In this document: positions 8,802 through 16,638 of the stretch, piece by piece
How the letters are laid out: every line of letters starts with the position of its first letter
Position numbering within the stretch: position 1 is the first letter of the stretch
Assembly (NCBI RefSeq): GCF_027012695.1
Contig: NZ_JALUYR010000143.1
Coordinates: forward strand, 1-33,321
Origin: Thermococcus sp.
GTDB taxonomy: Archaea > Methanobacteriota_B > Thermococci > Thermococcales > Thermococcaceae
Direction: 5' to 3'
DNA: 33,321 nt
Made by a program: the position numbers and the translations under genes
Notes under the pieces: generated by a model
The model's database searches: none
The model's input: only the letters and a program-made list of their open reading frames with translations
What the model was told of the DNA's origin: nothing

Positions 8802-9110
8802 TTATTTTTTACAGAAGATCTCGTAGTGCTGGACGTACTTCTCCTTCTCCAGCAGAAACTCGTCGTCTTCGGGATAGTATTTGGCCAGCTCCGGGTTCTC
8901 GCCGGCGAACCTTTTGATGGCCTCCCACGAGTCCCAGATGGTCACCAGGAGGAAGTGGGTCTCCTTTTCCTCATCCCTTCTCGTGAAGTAGAGCTTCAAA
9001 AGCCCATCAACGGAACTGTAGTCGGGAACGGCCCTCTCTATCAGAAAGCGCTCATAGGCGTTGGCTTTCTCCCTTGGAACGCGGCCGTGCCAGAGCCTCA
9101 TAATCGCCAC
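8802..9110 (-). CDS. Antibiotic-biosynthesis-monooxygenase (ABM/Dabb)-like small protein
   Basis: - 102 aa.
- 'HFLLVTIWDSWEAIKRF' is an ABM-like pattern. Confidence 0.55.
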   Translation of the reverse strand: MAIMRLWHGRVPREKANAYERFLIERAVPDYSSVDGLLKLYFTRRDEEKETHFLLVTIWDSWEAIKRFAGENPELAKYYPEDDEFLLEKEKYVQHYEIFCKK

Positions 9111-9163
9111 GGTATCACCCCTGGAGGTTTTTTGTCCTTGGGAAAATAAAAGTTTTAAGAGAA

Positions 9164-9955
9164 TCAGAACACCGAGTTAAGCCTTCCTCCATCCACGGGA
9201 ATCATGGCACCGTTTATGTAGCTTCCCAGCTCGCTTGAGAGGAATGCCACGAGGTAGCCTATCTCCTCGGGCTCTCCGAGACGTCCGAGGGGTATAGGCT
9301 TCGCGTACTCCTGAAGGGCCTCCTCAACGGTCTTCCCTTCCCTTTGGGCCCTGTCCTTGGCCAGCTGTATCATCCTGTCTGTTCTTATTATGCCCGGCAT
9401 TATCCCGTTGACGGTTATCCCTTTCGGCCCGAGCTCCTTTGCCAGAGTCCTAACGAGACCGGCCATCGAAATCCTGACCACGTTGCTGAGGGCTATGTTC
9501 GGGATCGGCTCCTTTATGGCCACGCTCGTGGAGTAGATTATCCTGCCGAAGCCCTTCCTCTCCATCGCCGGAACGAGGGCCTTTGTCAGGTAGACCGCGG
9601 GGTAAAGGAGTAGCCTAACGGCGCCTTCCCAGTCTTCCATGTCCATCTCCATAAAGTAGCCCGGCCTTGGCCCGCCGGTGGAGAAGAAGAATATATCCGG
9701 CTCGCCTATGTTTTCGAGCTCCCTCACCGTTTTCTCAAGGTCTCCGCGCTTTGTAAGGTCTGCAACTATGTAGTGAACCTCAACGTCGCTCTCCCTTCTT
9801 ATTCTCTCCTTCGCCTTCCTCAGGTTCTCCTCGCTTCTGGAGAGGAGGATAACGTCTGCTCCCGCCTTGGCTAAAACCCGCGCGACGCCGAAGCCTATGC
9901 CCTTGCTCGAAGCGGTTGTGAAGGCCAGCTTCCCGGAGAGGTCTATTCCTATCAT
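9164..9955 (-). CDS. Short-chain dehydrogenase/reductase (SDR) family oxidoreductase
   Basis: - 'GKLAFTTASSKGIGFGVARVLAKAGADV' is a TGxxxGxG-type cofactor site.
- '...YSTSVAIK...' is a YxxxK-like catalytic motif.
- 'IRTD' motif present. Confidence 0.85.
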   Translation of the reverse strand: MIGIDLSGKLAFTTASSKGIGFGVARVLAKAGADVILLSRSEENLRKAKERIRRESDVEVHYIVADLTKRGDLEKTVRELENIGEPDIFFFSTGGPRPGYFMEMDMEDWEGAVRLLLYPAVYLTKALVPAMERKGFGRIIYSTSVAIKEPIPNIALSNVVRISMAGLVRTLAKELGPKGITVNGIMPGIIRTDRMIQLAKDRAQREGKTVEEALQEYAKPIPLGRLGEPEEIGYLVAFLSSELGSYINGAMIPVDGGRLNSVF

Positions 9956-10149
9956 GAGAACCACCACAGGAAGTTGTCATGAGGAATAAAAACATTTACT
10001 GGTCCTTTCTGGCCGGGTTAAAAGGAGGGCATGGATTTCACGTTAGATATGCGAAGGTTTTAGTCCCTTACAGTGGAATGAAACAGTGGTGCGGCATAAT
10101 CCCCGGAAGATGTGCTCCGGTGAAAATGGAAAAATGCGATCTTACTCCG

Positions 10150-10602
10150 TTACCATCCTCTTCTTCCGCGTCCATAGCCGCCACCGCGGCCCCTTCCTCT
10201 ACCCATACCATGACCCATTCCTGGACCATGGCCTGCTCCGTATCCCCCGGGAACTCCTTCCGGGCTTGAAAGCTCACCCCTAAGAAACGCCTCAACCGCC
10301 TCGCGGACGGTCATGGTTGCAGGTGCCGAGACCATTTTTATGCCCGCTGCCTGGAGAACGCCGTAGGCATTTGGCCCGAATTCCCCGGATATTACCACGT
10401 CCGCGCCGTGGTCAATCACGAACTGCGCCGCGGTGACTCCCGCACCTCTGGCTTGGGAGTATCCCGGATTCGGGAGCACCTGAACGTTGATTATCTCCCC
10501 GTTCTCAACGTCCACTATCGTGAAGGTTGGGGTCCTCCCAAAGGACGGGTTCACCCTGTCGTCGAGGCCTCCGTTAACCGTTGACACGATTATCCTCATC
10601 AA
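10150..10602 (-). CDS. NifX/NafY-like dinitrogenase FeMo-cofactor-binding domain protein (Pfam Nitro_FeMo-Co-like, COG1433) with a C-terminal Gly/Arg-rich tail
   Basis: - 'MRIIVSTVNGGLDDRVNPSFGRTPTFTIVDVENGEI...GAGVTAAQFVIDHGADVVISGEFGPNAYGVLQAAGIKM' is a typical pattern.
- Tail 'GMGHGMGRGRGRGGGYGRGRRGW'. Confidence 0.85.
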   Translation of the reverse strand: MMRIIVSTVNGGLDDRVNPSFGRTPTFTIVDVENGEIINVQVLPNPGYSQARGAGVTAAQFVIDHGADVVISGEFGPNAYGVLQAAGIKMVSAPATMTVREAVEAFLRGELSSPEGVPGGYGAGHGPGMGHGMGRGRGRGGGYGRGRRGW

Positions 10603-10644
10603 ACCACCTCCATGGGAGTTGGGGAAACCGAAGTTAAAAAAGTT

Positions 10645-10653
10645 TGCATAAGC
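10645..10653. promoter_or_regulatory. Half or imperfect copy (TGCATAAGC) of the GTGC(A/T)TATGCAC palindrome, abutting the BRE/TATA (minus-strand sense: aaacttttttaac) of the NifX-like gene 10150-10602
   Basis: Read directly; reverse complement 'gagcttatgcaaacttttttaac'. Confidence 0.45.
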
Positions 10654-10884
10654 TCAAAATGGTTCAAACCAAATTCCTGGGTTGGATCTCAGGAATGCCC
10701 TCAGTACGAGCAGAATCACCAGACCAAGTGCATACGGCAGGGCAACGAGGAACAGCTTGAACAGGAAGTACAGTATTCCGAGCAGGATTAACAGGTCAAG
10801 AATCCCGTAAAAGCCTCCGAAGGGATAAGCTCTCCTGCCGTAATAACCCCCTCTCCCATAACCTCTACCCATTCCGCGTGGCAT
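10654..10884 (-). CDS. Small (76 aa) membrane protein: Gly/Arg/Tyr-rich N-terminus followed by two predicted TM helices
   Basis: - 'MPRGMGRGYGRGGYYGRRAYPFGGFYGILDLLILLGILYFLFKLFLVALPYALGLVILLVLRAFL'.
- GGAGG SD 7 nt upstream of the ATG.
- The 182-codon ORF in the track is an upstream read-through of this frame. Confidence 0.6.
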   Translation of the reverse strand: MPRGMGRGYGRGGYYGRRAYPFGGFYGILDLLILLGILYFLFKLFLVALPYALGLVILLVLRAFLRSNPGIWFEPF

Positions 10885-10915
10885 GTCAATGCCTCCAGAA
10901 ATTAAAGGAAAGGCC

Positions 10916-11518
10916 TCACCACCAGCCGTAGAACCAGCGGAGGGCCCTTCTGCCCGGCTGACCGGGCTCTGGACAGTAACCGAGCCTGGCTCCCCAGCCT
11001 CTTCCTCTGCCCCATCCTCCACCGCGTCTCCATCCGCGACCCCAGCCCCTGCCCCAACCGGGGCCGAAGCCGTAGGCCGGGTACGGTGGGTAGGCGGGTG
11101 CAGTCGGGTACGGGCCGTAGGCTGGCATTGGAGTTGCTGGAGCCGTTGGCGGGACTGCCTGAGGACCCGGTACTGTGAACTGCCCGGCCGTTCCACTGAC
11201 AACGGCCTTTATGGCCTCCTCAACTGGAGTTCCCGGCGAGACCTGATAGAGCTTTATCCCCGCCGCCTGTATGGCTCCAAGGGCGTTCGGGCCGACCTGC
11301 GGAGCTATTATCGCTTCAACGCCTTCGTTGATGAGCGTCTGAACCGCCATTGGTCCGGCTCCGCCCCCCGCCGCCGAAGCTGGATTCTGGATGATCTTCT
11401 CGCTGATCACGTTGCCGTTCTCGTCTACTTCGACTATGTAGAACGCGGGCGCGCGGGCGAACACCGGTGCAACGGTATCGTTAAGCCCTCCACCGTTGGT
11501 GGGTATCGCGATCTTCAT
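10916..11518 (-). CDS. NifX/NafY-like FeMo-cofactor-binding domain protein with a Pro/Ala/Tyr linker and a C-terminal (GWGR)n tail
   Basis: - 'MKIAIPTNGGGLNDTVAPVFARAPAFYIVEVDENGNV...AGPMAVQTLINEGVEAIIAPQVGPNALGAIQAAGIKLY'.
- Tail 'GFGPGWGRGWGRGWRRGGGWGRGRGWG'.
- GGAGGTGA SD precedes the ATG (start 11518, or 11524). Confidence 0.85.
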   Translation of the reverse strand: MKIAIPTNGGGLNDTVAPVFARAPAFYIVEVDENGNVISEKIIQNPASAAGGGAGPMAVQTLINEGVEAIIAPQVGPNALGAIQAAGIKLYQVSPGTPVEEAIKAVVSGTAGQFTVPGPQAVPPTAPATPMPAYGPYPTAPAYPPYPAYGFGPGWGRGWGRGWRRGGGWGRGRGWGARLGYCPEPGQPGRRALRWFYGWW

Positions 11519-11539
11519 ACGCATCACCTCCGATATTTT

Positions 11540-11551
11540 GTGCATATGCAC
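11540..11551. promoter_or_regulatory. Perfect 12-bp palindrome GTGCATATGCAC in the divergent promoter region between the NifX-like gene (-) and the AsdA-like gene (+), followed by TTAAACTTTTCG (11558-11569)
   Basis: - Read directly.
- The same two elements recur at 17153-17180. Confidence 0.55.
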
Positions 11552-11609
11552 AGGATTTAAACTTTTCGAATGGGCAAAGGTTTTATTGTGAGCGGATAAA
11601 GTTCGATGG

Positions 11610-13259
11610 GTGTTTGGTATGGCCGATATTGACGAATCCATACTAAAGGACCTCAAAAGGTTGAGGGAGCTCAGCCCCTTCGAGTTCAAGGAACTTCTCA
11701 TAAAGCTCGCGAGCAGGAACTCAGAGAGGATGATGCTCAACGCCGGCAGGGGAAACCCGAACTTTCTGGCGTTAGAGCCGAGGTACGCTTATCTCCAGCT
11801 TGGAAAGTTTGCAATAGCCGAATCCGAGAGGCACTTTGGCTATATGGGTGACCTCATAGGGGGGCACTGCGAGAAGGACGGCATAGAGGCGCGCTTTGAA
11901 ATATTCATAAGAAACCACTGGAACGAGAGGGGGACGAGGTTTCTCAACTCGGCTGTAAGCTACGTGAGGGACTATCTCGGACTTTCCGCCGGGGATTTCC
12001 TCTATGAGGTGGTGCAGGGTTATCTCGGCTGTGAATACCCGACCCCGCCGAGAATGCTCCCCCTGGCGGAGAAGATAGTCGTTAGGTACCTCCTGAAGGA
12101 GATGGGGGCAGGCTACGACCTCGGTTATGCAATAGTTGATGAAACCCAGCTCTTCGCGGTTGAGGGCGGAACCGGGGCAATGGCCTATCTCTTCGAGTCC
12201 CTCAAGGCCAACCATATCCTCAATCCGGGAGATAGGATAGCGATAGCCGTTCCGATATTCAGCCCCTACCTTGAGATACCAAAACTCGACCAGTACCGGC
12301 TTGAGATAGTTGAAGTTAAGGCATCGCCGGAACTTGGCTACCAGATACCCGATGAGGAACTTGAGAAGCTCAGAGATCCGGAGATAAAGGCCTTCTTCCT
12401 CGTCAATCCCGGCAATCCAACAGCGGTGAAGCTCGAGGATCGGGTTCTCGAAAAGCTCAGGGAGATAGTCGAGAACGAGAGGGAAGACCTAATCATTATC
12501 ACCGATGATGTCTACGCGACCTTTGCAGATAACTTCAAGTCGGTCTACTCCATTCTCCCACACAACACGATACTTGTCTATTCCTTCTCCAAATACTTTG
12601 GAGCAACCGGCTGGAGGCTCGGCGTTATAGCCATCCACAGGGACAATGTCGTTGATAGACTAATCGCCGAACTTCCGGAGGAGGTCCAGGAGGAGCTGGA
12701 CAGGAGGTATGCCCTCATAACTCCCAATCCCAGGGAGCTGAAGTTCATAGAAAGGCTCGTCGCCGACAGCAGGAACGTGGCTTTGAGACACACCGCTGGA
12801 CTCTCGACACCCCAGCAGGTTCAGATGGTGCTCTTTGCACTCTACGGCCTGATGGACGAGGAGGAAACCTACAAGAAAGCCGTAAAGAGAATCCTCAGGC
12901 GCCGTTACAGGGCGCTGTACAGGGGAATGGGACTTGAACCGGTTGAGAACCCGAACTACACCTACTACTACACCCTCCTCGACATGGAGGAGCTGAGCGA
13001 AAGGCTCTATGGAAAGGAGTTTTCCCGCTGGTTTATGGAGAACTTCCCGCCGGAGGAGTTCATAATACGGCTTGCCAAAGAGGCAGGGGTTGTCCTTTTA
13101 CCAGGTAAAGGCTTCGAGGTTCCTCATCCTTCCGCGAGGGTCTCGCTGGCTAATCTCAGGGAGGTGGACTACCTCACCATAGGCAGGACCATAAGGAAAA
13201 TCCTTGACGAGTACTACGAGGAGTTCCGGAAGAAGGGTGAGGTGAATGCCCAAGGTTGA
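11610..13259 (+). CDS. PLP-dependent class-I aminotransferase-fold enzyme of the long (≈530-550 aa) aspartate 4-decarboxylase (AsdA)-like type
   Basis: - 549 aa.
- 'VYSFSKYFGATGWRLG' is a PLP-lysine motif.
- 'NPGNPT', 'GGTGAMAY'. Confidence 0.7.
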   Translation: MFGMADIDESILKDLKRLRELSPFEFKELLIKLASRNSERMMLNAGRGNPNFLALEPRYAYLQLGKFAIAESERHFGYMGDLIGGHCEKDGIEARFEIFIRNHWNERGTRFLNSAVSYVRDYLGLSAGDFLYEVVQGYLGCEYPTPPRMLPLAEKIVVRYLLKEMGAGYDLGYAIVDETQLFAVEGGTGAMAYLFESLKANHILNPGDRIAIAVPIFSPYLEIPKLDQYRLEIVEVKASPELGYQIPDEELEKLRDPEIKAFFLVNPGNPTAVKLEDRVLEKLREIVENEREDLIIITDDVYATFADNFKSVYSILPHNTILVYSFSKYFGATGWRLGVIAIHRDNVVDRLIAELPEEVQEELDRRYALITPNPRELKFIERLVADSRNVALRHTAGLSTPQQVQMVLFALYGLMDEEETYKKAVKRILRRRYRALYRGMGLEPVENPNYTYYYTLLDMEELSERLYGKEFSRWFMENFPPEEFIIRLAKEAGVVLLPGKGFEVPHPSARVSLANLREVDYLTIGRTIRKILDEYYEEFRKKGEVNAQG

Positions 13260-13875
13260 GCCCTTTGAGAAGCACCGGGAAAGGTACGAAAGCTGGTTCG
13301 AGAGGCACCGCTATGCCTACCTGTCGGAGCTTGAGGCGGTGAGGAGGCTTTTGCCGAAGGAAGGCAAAGGTGCAGAGATAGGCGTTGGAACCGGTCGCTT
13401 TGCAGCTCCTTTAGGCATAAAGCTCGGCGTCGAGCCTTCGAAGGCGATGGCGGAAATAGCTAAAAAAAGGGGCATTGAGGTCATCGAAGGCGTTGCGGAA
13501 AACCTCCCCTTCCCCGATGAGAGCCTCGACTATCTTTTGATGGTCACAACGATATGCTTCGTCGACGACCCTGAGAGGGCTTTAAGAGAGGCCTACCGTG
13601 TGCTAAAACCCGGAGGAGCTTTGATAATAGGCTTCGTCGACAAAAACAGCCCGATAGGGAAGTATTATGAAGAGCACAAAGAGGAGAGCGTCTTTTACCG
13701 CGACGCGAGGTTCTTCTCGACGGAGGAACTCCTTGAGCTTCTAAAAAAGGTCGGCTTCAGAAAGTTCGAGATAGTCCAGACACTTTTCCATCGGCTGGAC
13801 GAGATAAAGGAAATCGAACCCGTCAAGCCCGGCTACGGCGAGGGGAGCTTCGTGGTTATAAAGGCCGTGAAGTGA
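13246..13875 (+). CDS. Class I SAM-dependent methyltransferase (Methyltransf_11-like)
   Basis: - 'GAEIGVGTGRFA' is motif I.
- 'VLKPGGALIIGF'.
- Overlaps the upstream gene by 14 nt. Confidence 0.8.
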   Translation: MPKVEPFEKHRERYESWFERHRYAYLSELEAVRRLLPKEGKGAEIGVGTGRFAAPLGIKLGVEPSKAMAEIAKKRGIEVIEGVAENLPFPDESLDYLLMVTTICFVDDPERALREAYRVLKPGGALIIGFVDKNSPIGKYYEEHKEESVFYRDARFFSTEELLELLKKVGFRKFEIVQTLFHRLDEIKEIEPVKPGYGEGSFVVIKAVK

Positions 13876-14621
13876 TAGCTGTGCTGCTGACCAAGATAAA
13901 GAGAAAAGCCCTAAAACTCGCCAGTGGCCTTGAGCTGGTGGATTTCGGCTTTGCCTTACCCTACACATGGGTTTTACTCAAAGGGCCGGAGGGAAGGGCA
14001 CTTGGCGTTGCCATGACCCTGCCGGAGGAAGTGCAGAGATACAGGAACTCGATAAGCGAACCTTCACTCAATGCCTTCATCGAGAGGGCCGACAGCCTGA
14101 ACGTCATCGAGAGAACCTTAGGACTGGCTGCAATAAACGCGGTTTCACAGTATCACATAGACCTGAGCGACGCTGAATTTACCGATGTGCTCGAACTCCT
14201 GCCCGAAAACGCTGGCAAAGTGGCCCTAATAGGCAACATGCCGCCCCTTGCCAAAGCGCTCCGAGGGAGGGGCTTTGAGGTCTTCATCTTTGAGCGAAAC
14301 CCAAAGCTCTGGGACAAAGACACCTACAGCGACGCTCTGGAATACCACCTTCTCCCCGAGATGGACACGGTGGTAGCGAGCGCCAGCTGTTTGGCCAACG
14401 GAACCATAGACCTCCTTCTGGATAGGGCGAAGAAAGCTGAGCTCTTCGTCCTCACAGGCCCAACGGGCCAGCTTTTGCCGGAGTTTCTCAGGGGAACGGG
14501 CATTACTCACCTGGCATCAATGAAGGTAATTGAGGTCGAGCGGGCACTTTTGGGGTTGAAGCTTGGAAGTTTCAGGGGTTTTGAGGAGGGCAACAGAAAG
14601 TACGTGGTGAGAGTTGAATGA
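13872..14621 (+). CDS. Rossmann-like DUF364/DUF4213-type protein (putative chelatase-like domain; assignment tentative)
   Basis: - 249 aa.
- 'KVALIGNMPPLAKALRGRGFEVFIFERNP' is a Rossmann-like segment.
- GTGA overlap with the upstream gene and ATGA overlap with the downstream gene. Confidence 0.5.
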   Translation: MIAVLLTKIKRKALKLASGLELVDFGFALPYTWVLLKGPEGRALGVAMTLPEEVQRYRNSISEPSLNAFIERADSLNVIERTLGLAAINAVSQYHIDLSDAEFTDVLELLPENAGKVALIGNMPPLAKALRGRGFEVFIFERNPKLWDKDTYSDALEYHLLPEMDTVVASASCLANGTIDLLLDRAKKAELFVLTGPTGQLLPEFLRGTGITHLASMKVIEVERALLGLKLGSFRGFEEGNRKYVVRVE

Positions 14622-15268
14622 AACTCACAATCCTCAACGACAACACCCCGGCAAAGGGCCTCATCAACGACTGGGGCTGGAGCGTTCTGGTTGAGAGCAA
14701 GTATCGCTTCCTCTTCGATGCCGACACGAGGGGAGAGGTTTTAGCCCATAACTCAAAGGTTCTTGGGGCTTCACTGAGAAACCTCGACTTCGCGGTTTTA
14801 AGCCACTGGCACTACGACCACTACGGCGGTTTTCCGTTGATTGCCCGGCTCAATCCGGGTCTGAGGCTCTACGCACCGCCTGGCGGATGGATAGAGGGGC
14901 TGAGCGTTTTTGAAGTCATTGACGCTGGAAGAATAGCCGATGGAATATGGACTTCTGGGGCTCTGGAGGGTTTCGAGCACGCCGTTGGCGTTGAGACTCC
15001 CTCTGGGTTGGTAATCATAGTCGGCTGTTCCCATCCGGGCGTTGACAGGCTCACCGAGGCCCTCCTGAAGGTTTCGGGCTATGAGAGGGCCTATCTCGTA
15101 ATAGGTGGCTTCCATTATCCGTCGCGTAGAACCCTCGATAAACTTGCTAAAACTGCCGAGTTCATAGCCCCGGCCCACTGCTCCGGTGATGAGGCGAAGG
15201 CCTACGTGAGGAAAAACTACCCGGAAAAGTTCGTTGGAGTGAAAACTGGAACAATAATCGAGGTGTGA
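14618..15268 (+). CDS. Metallo-beta-lactamase-fold hydrolase
   Basis: - 'LSHWHYDHYGG' is an HxHxDH motif.
- 'IIVGCSHPG'. Confidence 0.85.
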   Translation: MKLTILNDNTPAKGLINDWGWSVLVESKYRFLFDADTRGEVLAHNSKVLGASLRNLDFAVLSHWHYDHYGGFPLIARLNPGLRLYAPPGGWIEGLSVFEVIDAGRIADGIWTSGALEGFEHAVGVETPSGLVIIVGCSHPGVDRLTEALLKVSGYERAYLVIGGFHYPSRRTLDKLAKTAEFIAPAHCSGDEAKAYVRKNYPEKFVGVKTGTIIEV

Positions 15269-15794
15269 TTCCGAGGAATTCAGCCAGCAGTTTGAAAAAC
15301 GCCGTCTTTCGCCCGTTTGGCGTTATGAAGCGGTGAAGAACGAGTTCCTCCCGGATTCTATCGTTTCTTAACTCCTCTGGGAGCTCGTTGAAACTCCTGG
15401 CCTTTGTCAGGGCCCTAACAACGTCCCATCCGCCGGGAAGGAGGGAGTTAAAGTAGTCCCTAAGCCAGTGTTCATCAATTGAGCGGAGGAAAAGCTCCCC
15501 GGCCCGCGAAAGCCTGTAGTAGGTGTGGTGCTTGTGCACCTCAAAGGCCTTTTTGAACCTCGCCCTGCTCCGCTTTATCGCGCTTCCCGAGTCCCTTTCG
15601 ATAAGACCTACCTCGATAAGGTCTTTTATCGCGCCCTCGATGAGGGGAAGCTCTAGCTCGCTCATCTTCGCCATCATCTTAGCGTAATCAACACCGGCCT
15701 TCTTGAGGTGAGCCAGAACATAGAGATGACCAGGAAGGAGTTCAAGGCCTTGGAACGAAACGGGGCGTTCTTTTCGCGTATCTCCTCCACTCAT
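15162..15794 (-). CDS. Predicted winged-helix DNA-binding protein. The gene model is uncertain: it overlaps both neighbouring genes.
   Basis: - 'LPLIEGAIKDLIEVGLIERDSGSAIKRSRARF...HHTYYRLSRAGELFL' is a wHTH-like pattern.
- The ORF extends about 105 nt into the convergent MBL gene and about 50-90 nt into the upstream ICMT-like gene. Confidence 0.45.
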   Translation of the reverse strand: MSGGDTRKERPVSFQGLELLPGHLYVLAHLKKAGVDYAKMMAKMSELELPLIEGAIKDLIEVGLIERDSGSAIKRSRARFKKAFEVHKHHTYYRLSRAGELFLRSIDEHWLRDYFNSLLPGGWDVVRALTKARSFNELPEELRNDRIREELVLHRFITPNGRKTAFFKLLAEFLGITPRLLFQFSLQRTFPGSFSSRRPSPHHRSSGPGL

Positions 15795-16170
15795 CGCCGA
15801 ACCTCCTTTCGAGGGCTCTCTCCTCCTCACCTATAAATGCCAAAACCGAGAGCCAGTAGATAACCGGAAGGAAGAGCATGAAGCCACCTACCACCAGGGA
15901 AAAGCCCGGGATGATTAGAAAGCCCCAGATGGAGTATATTGGATGCCTAACCCTTGAGTAACAGCCCTTAGTCAAAAGCTCTCCCCTTGAGTAGGCCCTC
16001 GAAACCTGGAGGTAGCAGACGAGCCACAGAAAAAGGCCCGAGAGGAGTAAAACAAGTCCCGGTAGAGGGAAAGAGATGCCCGGCCTGAGCCTTGAATTCA
16101 GGTAAAGCGCAAAGAGAGCATATAAACCTGAAAAAAGGCCGACCTTTGGCTCAATCCCCCAGAACCTCAT
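15742..16170 (-). CDS. Isoprenylcysteine carboxyl methyltransferase (ICMT)/phospholipid methyltransferase-family integral membrane protein
   Basis: - 'YSRVRHPIYSIWGF...EERALERRFGDEWRRYAKRTPRFVP' is an ICMT-type C-terminal signature.
- Multiple TM helices. Confidence 0.7.
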   Translation of the reverse strand: MRFWGIEPKVGLFSGLYALFALYLNSRLRPGISFPLPGLVLLLSGLFLWLVCYLQVSRAYSRGELLTKGCYSRVRHPIYSIWGFLIIPGFSLVVGGFMLFLPVIYWLSVLAFIGEEERALERRFGDEWRRYAKRTPRFVPRP

Positions 16171-16172
16171 GG

Positions 16173-16592
16173 TTATTCCTCTATCGGGGGTTTCTCGGCT
16201 TTCTTGGCCTGAACCTGCTCCCAGAGTTCATCGAAGTTCTCAAGGAGCCTCTGGAGGGCGAGCTTTAGATCTCTCGTCCTCGTAAAGAAGGCCACCTTGT
16301 TGGTCTTGTCCCTTATTCTCAAAAAGTTCGGCCCCATTCTGAAAGCCGCTAAAACGTCAACGTCCAAAAGCTGGCTCACAACTGCCTTGAACTTCCTCGG
16401 GTCGCCGTGGCCTTCATCGTGCTCTTCTTCAAAGTCTTTGGCTTTGTTCGGCCTCTTTTCCAGGAGTTTAACGCTCCCGTCTTCACAGACCTCGTAGATG
16501 GCAAAGAACTCCGAGTCGCCGTAGTGAGCATCTATGAGGTGTTCATCGTCCTCCATTCCAAAGGCAACCTTCAGGCATCTCATATCAACCAC
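16173..16592 (-). CDS. NifX/NafY-like FeMo-cofactor-binding domain protein (third paralogue, no low-complexity tail)
   Basis: 'MRCLKVAFGMEDDEHLIDAHYGDSEFFAIYEV...' is the typical N-terminal pattern of COG1433 proteins. Confidence 0.7.
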   Translation of the reverse strand: MVDMRCLKVAFGMEDDEHLIDAHYGDSEFFAIYEVCEDGSVKLLEKRPNKAKDFEEEHDEGHGDPRKFKAVVSQLLDVDVLAAFRMGPNFLRIRDKTNKVAFFTRTRDLKLALQRLLENFDELWEQVQAKKAEKPPIEE

Positions 16593-16638
16593 CGTTAAAA
16601 CCTCTGCGGGAGCTTTAAAAAGATTTAGAGAAACCTAA

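Noticed and set aside
10883-11560. 225-codon + strand ORF, and the 182-codon ORF 10654-11202
   Set aside because: - Both are out-of-frame read-throughs over the GC-rich, repeat-encoding tail of NifX-like gene 2.
- Only the last 76 codons of 10654-11202 are kept, as the small TM protein.
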